Below, piece by piece: positions 27,081-36,851 of a stretch of 64,000 nucleotides of DNA (position 1 is its first letter; each line of letters begins with the position of its first letter). Below the pieces are notes generated by a model, which ran no database searches, had not been told where the DNA came from, and was given only the letters and a program-made list of their open reading frames with translations. The translations under genes were made by a program, and so were the position numbers. Source of the stretch: Nannocystales bacterium (lineage in GTDB: Bacteria; Myxococcota_A; Polyangia; Nannocystales; Nannocystaceae); contig JBOEGF010000024.1 in NCBI GenBank assembly GCA_050633305.1, forward strand, positions 32,001-96,000, written 5' to 3'.

Positions 27081-28058
27081 TCAGCTCGTGTAGCCCTGGG
27101 GGTGCTCGCTGTGCCAGGCCCAGGCGGTCTGCACGATCGCCTCGAGCGTTGGGTAGCGCGGGGTCCAGCCAAGCTCCGCCTTGATCTTGGTGGAGTCCGC
27201 GCTCAACGCGGGTGGATCGCCGGGGCGGCGCTCACCCATCACGTGGGGGATCGGATGCCCGGTCACCGTGCGGGCGGCTTCGATGACTTCCATCACCGAG
27301 AATCCGGTGCCGTTGCCCAGGTTGTAGATGCGGCTGCGTTCTTCGAGTGCACCGAGCGCGAGGATGTGGGCCTGCGCAAGGTCGATGACGTGGATGTAGT
27401 CACGGAGGCAGGTGCCGTCCGGCGTGGGGTAGTCGTTCCCGAAGACTGTGATCGAGTCCCGCCGGCCCTGCGCGACCTGGAGAACGAGCGGAATGAGGTG
27501 GGTCTCGGGGTCGTGATGCTCGCCGCGTTGTGGGCTCGCGCCTGCGGCGTTGAAGTAGCGGAGGAACGCGTAGCGCATGCCGTGGACCTCCGCGGCCCAG
27601 TGAAGAATGCGCTCGAGGATGTGCTTCGACTCCCCGTAGGGGCTGCCGGGGACGATGCGCTCGGTCTCGTCGATCGGGACCTTCTTGGGCTCCGCAAACA
27701 GTGCGGCGGTCGAGGAGAGGATGAAGCGTTTCACGTCGTGCTCCACCATGCTCTCGATGAGGTTGAGGCCGTTGCGAACGTTGTCGCCCACGTACAGGAA
27801 CGGCTTGCGCATCGACTCTCCAACCTGAGATCGCGACGCAAAGTGCATCACGGCATCGGGTCGGTGTTCGGCCATCAGGGCATCGACGGCTGCCCGATCG
27901 GCGAGGTCGCCGACGACAAGCGTCGCCTTGGGGTGAACGGACTCGCGGTGTCCCAGTGAGAGGTCATCGAACACCACGACCTCTGCGCCGGTTGCGACCA
28001 GCTGCTCGACGGCAACGCTTCCAATGTAGCCGGCTCCCCCAGTGACGACGACCTTCAT
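27081..28058 (-). CDS. galE: UDP-glucose 4-epimerase
   Basis: [29 protein letters not shown] and [11 protein letters not shown]. Confidence 0.96.
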   Translation of the reverse strand: MKVVVTGGAGYIGSVAVEQLVATGAEVVVFDDLSLGHRESVHPKATLVVGDLADRAAVDALMAEHRPDAVMHFASRSQVGESMRKPFLYVGDNVRNGLNLIESMVEHDVKRFILSSTAALFAEPKKVPIDETERIVPGSPYGESKHILERILHWAAEVHGMRYAFLRYFNAAGASPQRGEHHDPETHLIPLVLQVAQGRRDSITVFGNDYPTPDGTCLRDYIHVIDLAQAHILALGALEERSRIYNLGNGTGFSVMEVIEAARTVTGHPIPHVMGERRPGDPPALSADSTKIKAELGWTPRYPTLEAIVQTAWAWHSEHPQGYTS

Positions 28059-28312
28059 GTGGGGCGCATCGTAACACCGCGACGCCGCCTCAATCCCAGC
28101 GGCCGGTGCGTTGGGGGGGCGGCCTCCCGTGGTCCGCCAACCCCGCTGCCAAAGAGAGGTGGACCACGGCCATGCAACGTGGGTTCACGCAATCTCTGCG
28201 GTCGCGTGATGGGAACACACGGTCGGGTTGGTGACGCCGCGGTGACAAGTCGTGCTCGCCGGCCATCCGGAGCTTGAGCGAGGACCAGCCTCGGGATAGA
28301 TCCCGCGCATAG

Positions 28313-30412
28313 ATGGAACGTCTCCAGCGTATTTCTTGGGCTCTCCTGTTGGTCGCCGCCGGTTGCAGCGACGATGTCTCCAGCGCCTCCGACGGTTCCA
28401 CGGGCGGTGACGAGTCGTCGACGGGCTCGACCGTCGATCCGACGAACGTCACCACCACGATCGACCCGACGGCAAGCACGTCTACGTCGAGCTCGACGGG
28501 CGACCCCGACACCGGTTCGACGACCGACGACACCACGACCGGGCCAACCACCGGCGACACCGACCCCGACACAGACTCGACCACCTCCACGACCGATGCC
28601 GAGACCACCGGAACCACCGGCGACCCGGTGGACTGCGGCAACGACATGCTCGATGGGCGAGAGGCGTGCGACGGCGCCGAACTCGATGGTGCGACCTGCG
28701 AGAGCCTCGGCTTCGCCAGCGGTGACCTCAGCTGTGCCGACGACTGCACCTACGACACCGCGGCATGTGAGAGCTGCGGCAACGACGTGGTCGACAAGGG
28801 CGAGGACTGCGAAGGCGACGATCTCGCGGATGCGACCTGCCAGAGCATCGACATGGGATTCACCGGAGGCGTGCTTGCATGCGACGCAACGTGTGGCTTC
28901 GACACCACCGGCTGCACCAGCGTGGCGTACCCCGCCGCAGGTGAGGTCATCGTCAGCGAGATCATGCCCAACCCCACCGCGGTCGCCGATGCGGACGGCG
29001 AGTGGTTCGAGCTGCACAACCCCAGCGCCACCGACACGTACCAGCTCAACGGCTGCGAGATCTCCGGCCAGGCCGGGGAAGAGGCCATCGTCATTCCCTT
29101 CGACTTCCTCATCGCCCCCGGTGCGTACCTCTCGTTTGCACCCGAGAGCATGGTCGACCCTGGCTTCACGCCTGACTTCGGCTACACGGAGAGCTTCTCG
29201 GTCGCCAACGGGGGAGACATCATCACGCTGAGCTGCGATGGCGTCACCGTCGACACGGTCGACTACGACGCATTCCCTCCCGAGGCGGGAGTGAGCCTCA
29301 ACCTCGACCCTGACTTCTTCGATGCCACCGCCAACGACGCGGCGGAGAACTGGTGTCCCGGCGTGAACATCTACCTCGACCCCGACACCGGAACGCCGGG
29401 CGCGGCGAACGACGAGTGCATCGCACCGGCGGTCTACACGATCGACTTCTGTCGCATGCAGTCCCCGGACACGATCGTCGAGGACTTTGACACCGTCGTC
29501 GATGTGTACGGTCGCGTCTACATTGCTGGCCTCACCGACATCAGCACCAGCAACGACCTCGCGCCGGAGTTGAGCGCTCAGCTTGGGTACGGTCCCGACG
29601 GGACCGACCCCGCCGTGGACGCGGGCTGGACTTGGGTCGACGCGATCCCGAACGCGGGGTACACCGCGGTGGCACCCGAGGAGAACAACGACGAGTACGT
29701 CGTCTCGCTCACCGTGCCCGCGCCCGGCGAGTACGACTACGCCTACCGCTTCTCCGGGGACAGCGAAGGCTCGTACACCTACTGCGACGGCCAGCCCGCA
29801 GGGAACTCGGACGGCTACCAGGTTGAGAACGCCGGTCAGATGACCGCGGGCGGGGAAGTGCTGGTTCCCGACAGCCTGATCATCACCGAGGTCTACTACG
29901 ACAACCCGGGCGCCGACAACGAATTGGAGTGGGTTAAACTCTTCAATGGCACAGGCGCTGACGTCGACCTCTCGGCCTACTCTCTGGGTCACGGCGGCAC
30001 GGACTACACCTTCGGCACCTACCAGCTCGCTGGTACGATCGCGGCTGGTGAGTGTTTCGTGGTTGGCGGCCCGAACGCGAGCGCCGACAACGGCTTCATG
30101 GAACCGCCGGCGTACGACCAGGGGGTTGTCTTCACACCGAACATCCAGAACTCAGGCGGGACGGCAGACGGCGTAGCGCTCTTTGATGTCACCGCTGATT
30201 CTATTGCGCCGGACACCATCCCAATCGACGCCGTAATCTTCGGTGGGAGCAACGACGCAGTTGACGACAACGCGCTGATCGACGAGACGGGGACCGCCCC
30301 GGCACCCGATGTTGGTGACGCCCCCAGCGGTGATTCGATCGCGTTGCTGACCAGCGGAAACTGGGCCATTCGGGCCGATCCGACACCGACCGTCTGCCAG
30401 TTCGCCGAATAG
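28313..30412 (+). CDS. Lipoprotein with Thr-rich stalk, Cys-rich repeats and two lamin-tail domains
   Basis: VAAGC lipobox, CGNxxxDxxExCDG repeats, VSEIMPNP..EWFELHN..GTPGAAN, and a second ITEVYYD..EWVKLFN. Confidence 0.9.
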   Translation: MERLQRISWALLLVAAGCSDDVSSASDGSTGGDESSTGSTVDPTNVTTTIDPTASTSTSSSTGDPDTGSTTDDTTTGPTTGDTDPDTDSTTSTTDAETTGTTGDPVDCGNDMLDGREACDGAELDGATCESLGFASGDLSCADDCTYDTAACESCGNDVVDKGEDCEGDDLADATCQSIDMGFTGGVLACDATCGFDTTGCTSVAYPAAGEVIVSEIMPNPTAVADADGEWFELHNPSATDTYQLNGCEISGQAGEEAIVIPFDFLIAPGAYLSFAPESMVDPGFTPDFGYTESFSVANGGDIITLSCDGVTVDTVDYDAFPPEAGVSLNLDPDFFDATANDAAENWCPGVNIYLDPDTGTPGAANDECIAPAVYTIDFCRMQSPDTIVEDFDTVVDVYGRVYIAGLTDISTSNDLAPELSAQLGYGPDGTDPAVDAGWTWVDAIPNAGYTAVAPEENNDEYVVSLTVPAPGEYDYAYRFSGDSEGSYTYCDGQPAGNSDGYQVENAGQMTAGGEVLVPDSLIITEVYYDNPGADNELEWVKLFNGTGADVDLSAYSLGHGGTDYTFGTYQLAGTIAAGECFVVGGPNASADNGFMEPPAYDQGVVFTPNIQNSGGTADGVALFDVTADSIAPDTIPIDAVIFGGSNDAVDDNALIDETGTAPAPDVGDAPSGDSIALLTSGNWAIRADPTPTVCQFAE

Positions 30413-30429
30413 ACGTTCACTCGTTGAAG

Positions 30430-30468
30430 AAACGAGGCCGCGCTGCAGCCCGCAGTGCGGCTTCGTTT
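30430..30468. terminator. Probable bidirectional intrinsic terminator
   Basis: AAACGAGGCCGCGCTGC-agccc-GCAGTGCGGCTTCGTTT hairpin between convergent genes. Confidence 0.7.
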
Positions 30469-30501
30469 GGACGTAAGGGGGGAGGCTGGCCCAGCAGCAA
30501 C

Positions 30502-31860
30502 TCACAGATCGGAGACGACCAAGTAGACGGGGCCGTCAACAGACGCGACGAGGAAATCGTCGACTCCATCGTCGTTCGCATCCGCGCTTTCGACCACCCG
30601 CCCCTCCGACGGCAGGGCTAGATTCTCAACGGACAGACCGCCATCTACGGTGTCTACAATACTGAGTTGCGGAACATCGCTGTAGAGTACGGCGACCTCG
30701 GGAGTGTCTGTACCATCAACCTCCGCACTCACAAGTCTGTGTGGTGTTCCGATGGTGGCGACCTGCTCGACTGCAGCGAACCCGACCAGTCCGTTTCCTG
30801 GGAGAATGGACAGCTCGCTTCCCTGGATGAAAACGATGTCTAGAGCTTCGCTTCCAGATACGTTTGCCAACGCGATGTCCTGGAGCTCGACGCCGTCAGG
30901 AGCTTCGTAGAGCAGGTCTAGGAACACCTGCCTTTTGCCCGACTCGTTGCCGAGGATGGCTTGGATCCTGTCTGGGCCAACCTCCGGGGCGGACAGCCAC
31001 GCGACGTCGTCATAGCTATCGTTGTTCAGGTCGCCGACCGCCAGCGCTATGAGCTCTGTTCCCGCGGGTCTCCAGGTGGAGGCCTCCAATTCGTCAAGGC
31101 CCGGTGCCGAGATCAATGGAACCACGCGGTCCGAGCCTCCGAAAGTCCTGACCCCGGCAATCAAGTCTACAGTGCCGTCGCCGTTCAAATCCGGCGCCGC
31201 GAACAGCTGGGTGGAGGCAGTCCCTTCGAACGTGGGCTCGGCAAGTACGGCACCACCGGTCGCGCTTAGACTCCAGAGACTGACGTTCGAGAAGCGCGCC
31301 CCCAACTCCAAGCCACCGTCAAGGTCGAAGTCTCGGAGGATACAGGTAGAAGGAGCGAGCGCGTCAACGACCAGGTTCGGGCCAAACCCGCCGTCGCCGT
31401 CGCCAAGGGCAATCACCACGGCGGCCTGCTCCTGGGCGAAGACAACGTCCGCATTGCCGTCCGCATTCACATCTCCAGCACCCAGACAGACAATGAACTC
31501 CGTGTTGTCGAACTCCATGGCGTCGCCATAGCAATGGTGTCCAGGTGCCGGGATCCCATCACCACAGGCCTGTGGAACGTTGCCGGTGTCAGTGGTGCCC
31601 CCGGTGCTCGTACCGGTGGATGGTCCGCTTCCGGAGCTGGTCTCATCGCCCGCTCGGGTCGAGGACGAATCATCGGTCGCGCTGGAAGTGGAGGAGGTGG
31701 CGACCGCGGTCGTTCCCGAGGCGCCGGACTCGGACCCCGACATCGCTTCTGGACCTGTTGACGTCGGTGGCGTCTCAGTGCCAGCCTGCTCGCTGACCTG
31801 GTTGGGTGCAAAACAACCGGTAAGGAGGAACAGTGGAAGAGTCGCCATCCTGGTAGACAT
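30502..31860 (-). CDS. FG-GAP/VCBS repeat lipoprotein
   Basis: LLTGC lipobox, Ser/Thr linker and repeated GDxNxDGxxD motifs. Confidence 0.85.
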   Translation of the reverse strand: MSTRMATLPLFLLTGCFAPNQVSEQAGTETPPTSTGPEAMSGSESGASGTTAVATSSTSSATDDSSSTRAGDETSSGSGPSTGTSTGGTTDTGNVPQACGDGIPAPGHHCYGDAMEFDNTEFIVCLGAGDVNADGNADVVFAQEQAAVVIALGDGDGGFGPNLVVDALAPSTCILRDFDLDGGLELGARFSNVSLWSLSATGGAVLAEPTFEGTASTQLFAAPDLNGDGTVDLIAGVRTFGGSDRVVPLISAPGLDELEASTWRPAGTELIALAVGDLNNDSYDDVAWLSAPEVGPDRIQAILGNESGKRQVFLDLLYEAPDGVELQDIALANVSGSEALDIVFIQGSELSILPGNGLVGFAAVEQVATIGTPHRLVSAEVDGTDTPEVAVLYSDVPQLSIVDTVDGGLSVENLALPSEGRVVESADANDDGVDDFLVASVDGPVYLVVSDL

Positions 31861-32592
31861 CCTCGGACTCTAGCGGGCACGCCGCGTGCGTGGCAACCAT
31901 CCCTTGCCTACAGGGCCAGCACCGTTGGAGTCTAGCGACGTGGTGTGGTCGCCTTGTTTGAAAACGGGCACGTCTGAGTCGAGGGCTCCGATGTGTTGTA
32001 GCCCCCGTTGAACCGGAAGCGTACGGAGGGCGAATCCGATGTTGGACGAACTTGAAATCTAGAACCGGCCCAACCCGGGTGACAGCTTCGACAGACGCAT
32101 GAGGATCAGCGAATCCTTCTAGACGACGATGCCGCGAACCAAGTGACACCACTGCCGAGACCGTCCGCCGACAATGCCTGACACCGAGCCGTGTGACCGG
32201 ATGCAGGCGATGGGCAACGCGAGGAATACGGGCGTCAAGCGAAGTGGGTCCCGGGGGGCGACTCCACTTTGAGTCATACAAGGGCGACTGTGTCTACCTC
32301 GCCGACCCTCCAGCAGGCGCGAAGAGCGTCCCCGCTCTGGGTGCCGACTGCAACACCCCGGCAAGGGCCCCATGTGCTCTCTCCTTCGCAGTTTCGTCGC
32401 CTTCAACCTGCATGACAATGTTGGAGCTTCGCGGACGACCGCCACAGTGGCTTCTACGCCGGAGCGGGGGCGAACCGGGGCGGAAGCCCACGTTGGTTTC
32501 TGTCGTCTTGCCGACGCTTCAGGTGCCGTTTGTCGATGTGCCCCCGCTCGCTTGCGCCGACTCCCCAACCCTGAAATCCTGCGGCCGATCCC

Positions 32593-34293
32593 ATGCGCCG
32601 CATCCTTCTTTCCGGTCTGGCCCTCGCTGCGACCGCTTGCCTCACGCCTCCGCCTTCCACCACGCCTGCGGACAGCGCAGCGGCGTCGACGACGGACGAG
32701 GCCACTGCGCCCAAGCGCCTGTGGCCTGGGGTTGCGACCAAGGATGCGTACCCGATCGGGCAGACCCGTGCGTTCGAGTTTGTTCAAGCGGACCGACGGA
32801 TCGGGCGCTCGTGGGGGCGCTACGTGGGGACGATCGATGGGGCGCCCAACCATCATCGCTTCGAGACCCGCATCGAGCTCGAGCTTCCTGGTCGTGAGCC
32901 ACTGCGGTCCGCTGGGGAGTTGATCCTCGACGACAACGGGGCACTTGTCCGTGGGTTCGAGCGCAGCAGCGCGGCGGAGCTGACCTTCGTCCGCGAAGGC
33001 GACACGTTGCGGATCTCGGACGGGAAGACGGAGAACGAGGTCGGCTACGCACCCGAGACTGCGCCGACCGGCGTGATGGCGCACTCGGCAATCCTGCACG
33101 AAGAGCTGCTGCTGAGACTTCGGCCTCTGGACGTCGGCACCTTGGAGCTGCGACTGCTCTCGCTTTCGGGGGGCATCCCCGCGGAGTGGAGCGGCAACAT
33201 TCGCGAGGCGCAGGACACCATCGTGGTCGAGACCAACCTCGGAGAGCGCATCGCCCTGCGCGATGGCTTCATCGAGTCTCTGGTGGTCGGGGCCAGCGAC
33301 CTGCTGATCGCGAGCGTGGAGGAGCCGTGGCCGACGTGGGAGATTTCGGGGCCGGTCCGGCTGACCTACAGTAAGCCTCCGGGGGCGAGCTTCGAGCGGC
33401 GCGAGGTTGAAATCCCCGGCACGGCGGACTCGCCGACGCTCGCGGGTGAGGTCTTGGTCCCACCCGCAGAGGGTGCTCGGCCCGCGGTGCTGTGGGTGGG
33501 GACGACGGGCCGCGAAGACCGCTACGGCTTCGCGGGACCACCACCGGTCGACCTCGGGGCACACGAGATCACGGACGCGCTCGCAGAGGCGGGATTTGTG
33601 GTGCTGCGCTTCGACGAGCGTGGGCGCGGAGCCTCGGAGGCGGGACCGTTGACCTTCGTCGGTCAGGTTGACGACGCCAAGCGAGCGCTCGGCATGCTCC
33701 TGGTCCAACCCGAAGTGGACCCCGATCGCGTGCTGCTGATCGGGCACGGGGAAGGGGGGCTGCGCCAACTCATGCTCGCTGCCAACATGCCGCGTGGCGT
33801 GGTGGGCTTGGGCTTGCTTGCAACACCGGGCCGCCCGTACCGGGAGGTGTTCCTCGAACAGTCCGCGGCCGCGCTGGAAGAGTTGCCTCCAGAGCTTCGA
33901 GCCGGGGCCGCGACGCAGCAGCGCAAGATGGTCGAGGCCGTCGAGCGCGGTACCGAGATCCCGCCCGAGCTCGAACGCGAAGCACAGTGGTTGCGCGAGA
34001 TGTTCACGGTTCGGCCCAGCAAGCTTTTTGCCCGCGTGAAGGCGCCGGTGTTTGTGGGCCAGGGGGACAAGGACTTCGAGATCGACCCCGACAAGGACCC
34101 CATCGCACTGCGTCGTGCGGCCAAGCGGGCCAAGGTTCGGGTCGAAGTTCGTCGCTACCCGGACCTCGACCACCTGTTCAAGGTTGAGCCAGGAGAGTCG
34201 GCACCATCGCGCTACCTGGAGCCTGGCCGACCCGTCGATGTGGCGTTCATCCGAGACCTCGTGGCATGGGCCAAGGCCCGCGTCGAACCGTGA
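32593..34293 (+). CDS. Alpha/beta-hydrolase-fold lipoprotein (nucleophile position reads Gly)
   Basis: ATAC lipobox, GFVVLRFDERGRGAS, LIGHGEGG, GQGDKDFEI and DLDHLFK. Confidence 0.88.
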   Translation: MRRILLSGLALAATACLTPPPSTTPADSAAASTTDEATAPKRLWPGVATKDAYPIGQTRAFEFVQADRRIGRSWGRYVGTIDGAPNHHRFETRIELELPGREPLRSAGELILDDNGALVRGFERSSAAELTFVREGDTLRISDGKTENEVGYAPETAPTGVMAHSAILHEELLLRLRPLDVGTLELRLLSLSGGIPAEWSGNIREAQDTIVVETNLGERIALRDGFIESLVVGASDLLIASVEEPWPTWEISGPVRLTYSKPPGASFERREVEIPGTADSPTLAGEVLVPPAEGARPAVLWVGTTGREDRYGFAGPPPVDLGAHEITDALAEAGFVVLRFDERGRGASEAGPLTFVGQVDDAKRALGMLLVQPEVDPDRVLLIGHGEGGLRQLMLAANMPRGVVGLGLLATPGRPYREVFLEQSAAALEELPPELRAGAATQQRKMVEAVERGTEIPPELEREAQWLREMFTVRPSKLFARVKAPVFVGQGDKDFEIDPDKDPIALRRAAKRAKVRVEVRRYPDLDHLFKVEPGESAPSRYLEPGRPVDVAFIRDLVAWAKARVEP

Positions 34294-34333
34294 CTGTCCC
34301 CGCGACAAAACGCTCGGCTGGGCAAGACGCAGA

Positions 34334-34363
34334 GAAGGCGGGCCACGTGTTGTGGACCCGCCT
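34334..34363. terminator. Probable terminator hairpin between convergent genes
   Basis: AAGGCGGG CCAC gtgtt GTGG a CCCGCCTT. Confidence 0.55.
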
Positions 34364-34385
34364 TGTCTGACACCGGAGGTGCCGC

Positions 34386-35576
34386 TTAGAAGTCGGCCAG
34401 GAACTGCGCGCGCTTGGCCTTGTATTCCTCTTCGGTGAGGAGGTCAGCTTCGAACGCGGCTTTGAGCTTGGTGAGCTTCTCCTCGAGGGAGCCGGGCGCG
34501 GGACCGGCGGCTGGAGCTGCAGCGGCCGGAGCTGCTTGTGGTGGGGGCTGGCCTTGGGGCGGGTAACCCGGCTGGGGGTGATGCCCGTGCTGGGGGTGAT
34601 GCCCGTGTTGGGGATGGTGTCCTTGGGGCGGATAGCCCTGCTGCGGATAGCCTTGCTGCGGGTACCCCTGTTGCGGGTAGCCCTGGTGCGGCATCGCCTG
34701 GCCCATCATGCCAGCCATCATGTTGCCCATACCGACGCCCATGCCCAGGCCCATCCCAGCCTGCATCACGCCAGAGCCCTGACCGGGCTGCTTGGCTGCG
34801 TCACGCATGGCCTGCATGCCTTCCCAAGCCATGGTGTTGTCGACACCGCGGGCCGACTGCGCGGCGGCAGCGTCGAGCGCCTTCTCGATCTCGGCGGGCA
34901 ACGAGATGTTCTCGACGACGAACGAGGTGAGCTGAATGCCCAGGTCTGCGATGTCGGCGTTGATGCCCTCGAGCACGCCCTTTCCGAGCACGTCGTAGTG
35001 CGCGGCCATGTCGGCGACGGACAGCTCGCTCGACGCGGCGGCTTTTGTGAAGCCTTGCAGCAGGCGGCTGCGCACGAAGCCTTCGATGTCGTCGCTGGAC
35101 ATGAAGCCCTGCGTGCCGACGACCTCGTCGAAGAACTTGCGGGGGTCGACGATCTTGAAGTTGTAGCTACCGAACGCCCGAATGCGCACGCGGCCCGGAC
35201 GGTTGCCCACGGCAAACTCGGGGTCGCGGATCAGGACCGGCTTGGGGGTGCCCCACTTCTGGTCGAGGTACTGCTTGAGGTTGATGAAGTAGACCTCGGC
35301 CTTGTAGGGGCTGCTGAAGCCGTACTTCCACCCCTTGAGGCGGGAGAGAACGGGGACGTTCTCGGTCGAGAGCGTATGCGTGCCGGGTCCGAATACGTCG
35401 GCGGCTTTGCCTTCGTTGACAAGAATGGCGGCCTGCCCATTGCGGCAGACGAGCTTGGCGCCGTTCTTGATCTCGTGGTCTTCGTCGGGGAAGCGCCACA
35501 CGAGTGTGTAGTTGGTGTCGTCGAGCCACTCGATGATCTCGATCACCTGGCTCTTGATGAAGCTCATCAGTCCCAT
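34386..35576 (-). CDS. SPFH-domain (YdjI-like) protein with Gln/Pro/His-rich linker and SHOCT tail
   Basis: IEIIEW..LVWRFP..EIKNGAKL, KWGTPKP..IRDPEF, and terminal LTKLKAAFEADLLTEEEYKAKRAQFL. Confidence 0.9.
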   Translation of the reverse strand: MGLMSFIKSQVIEIIEWLDDTNYTLVWRFPDEDHEIKNGAKLVCRNGQAAILVNEGKAADVFGPGTHTLSTENVPVLSRLKGWKYGFSSPYKAEVYFINLKQYLDQKWGTPKPVLIRDPEFAVGNRPGRVRIRAFGSYNFKIVDPRKFFDEVVGTQGFMSSDDIEGFVRSRLLQGFTKAAASSELSVADMAAHYDVLGKGVLEGINADIADLGIQLTSFVVENISLPAEIEKALDAAAAQSARGVDNTMAWEGMQAMRDAAKQPGQGSGVMQAGMGLGMGVGMGNMMAGMMGQAMPHQGYPQQGYPQQGYPQQGYPPQGHHPQHGHHPQHGHHPQPGYPPQGQPPPQAAPAAAAPAAGPAPGSLEEKLTKLKAAFEADLLTEEEYKAKRAQFLADF

Positions 35577-35635
35577 GCGTATTGTTCCTTCTTGGCTGGC
35601 GTGAGGGCGGGGGCGGTACTGGCTAGCACCCGGTG

Positions 35636-36016
35636 CTATTCCAACGACGCGCGCGAGGCTTCTTGTTCGAGGTCACCGAATTCGGCGTTGGAGAGGCCGA
35701 ACGCGTCTGCGATCTCGCCAAGGGCGTGGCGTTCGGGGGAGCTGAACTCGCCGTCGGCCTTGAACATTGCGATGGCGGCCATGATGAACATGCGCCGCTG
35801 AAAGCTCGTTTCGAGGACTTGTGAAGCCTCGTGCATCGAGAAGGCTGAGTCCTCCTTGAGTTCATCGAAGGCCAGGGTGCAGCCCGACTCGGTGATGAAG
35901 TCACGCAGGAGGGCTTCCTCGCGCTGCTCCATTCCGTCGACATTGGCGAGATAGAAGAGGCCGCGCGCGAACAAGTCGGCAGCTTCTGTGGACAGGCCGC
36001 TGTTGGGTTCCGTCAT
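35636..36016 (-). CDS. TerB-family protein
   Basis: LANVDGMEQREEALL and MFKADGEFSSPERHALGEIADAFGL. Confidence 0.8.
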   Translation of the reverse strand: MTEPNSGLSTEAADLFARGLFYLANVDGMEQREEALLRDFITESGCTLAFDELKEDSAFSMHEASQVLETSFQRRMFIMAAIAMFKADGEFSSPERHALGEIADAFGLSNAEFGDLEQEASRASLE

Positions 36017-36092
36017 CGTCGGGCGTGATGCTACGACGCCACGGACCCCATGGCCATGAACGGTGACCCACCGCACCGACAAAAAAGGGCGC

Positions 36093-36117
36093 AAAAAAGC
36101 CCGCCAAGGAGGCGGGC
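36093..36117 (-). terminator. Rho-independent terminator
   Basis: GCCCGCC/GGCGGGC stem followed on the minus strand by T6, just downstream of the stop at 36138. Confidence 0.7.
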
Positions 36118-36137
36118 CGACGACGAGCGAGCGAAGG

Positions 36138-36695
36138 CTACAGGGCTGTTGCTTCGACGACGAACTCGCGGTGGAACAGGACCTGGGGCTCCGTCCCGGG
36201 GGCTTGGCCGCCGGCGGCATCGGTTGCGCCCGCGACATCGGTGAGCACGTCGACCTCCCAGTGGCCGGACTGCTCGGGGGCGATGTCGAAACTGGTGCCA
36301 AGCATGAGGGCATCGGTCGAAAGCAGCGTGCCCGGCACCTCGACCACGAAGTCGTCGTGGCGCCAGCGGTACACAACCCGGCGGCTGCTCAGCAGTCCGT
36401 CGGCGCGCACGTGAAGGTAGACGGTGCCCACACCAGCGCTGAACTCCGCGCGGTCTTCGAGCGGCCCCTCGGCCTGAGAGGCGAGGACGGCGGACACGCG
36501 GACCGCCTGGGCGACTTTCTGCGGTTCGGCCGACAAGGAGGCCTGCTGGACTCCGCTGCCCGCGTAGCCCCCGCGGAGCGTTCCGTCCGCCTGGAGCTGA
36601 TCCGCCGTGATCGGCGCGTCGACGCATGCGGCAAGCGCGGTTGCCGCGATGAGCCCGAAGCAGGCGCCGAGTGGGTAGAGAGCGGAGGCTCGCAC
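36138..36695 (-). CDS. DUF2914-like lipoprotein
   Basis: ALAAC lipobox and VYLHVRADG..VVYRWRH..GHWEVDV..REFVV. Confidence 0.65.
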   Translation of the reverse strand: MRASALYPLGACFGLIAATALAACVDAPITADQLQADGTLRGGYAGSGVQQASLSAEPQKVAQAVRVSAVLASQAEGPLEDRAEFSAGVGTVYLHVRADGLLSSRRVVYRWRHDDFVVEVPGTLLSTDALMLGTSFDIAPEQSGHWEVDVLTDVAGATDAAGGQAPGTEPQVLFHREFVVEATAL

Positions 36696-36851
36696 GCGCC
36701 GCCATACAGCAGGTTCCGTGCCACGGCCCCGAATGCGCTCGATCACCGCGTTACCGCGGGATCTGATCTGTAGAAGACACTAAAAGAGTCGCCAATGATG
36801 TCAAACGTGACTAACACGAACACCGGACTCCGCGCGCTATGCTGCGTGTCC

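Noticed and set aside
28055..29992. 645-aa minus-strand ORF
   Set aside because: Shadow of the lamin-tail lipoprotein gene.
32119..34308. 729-aa minus-strand ORF
   Set aside because: Shadow of the alpha/beta hydrolase gene; Arg-rich with no motifs.
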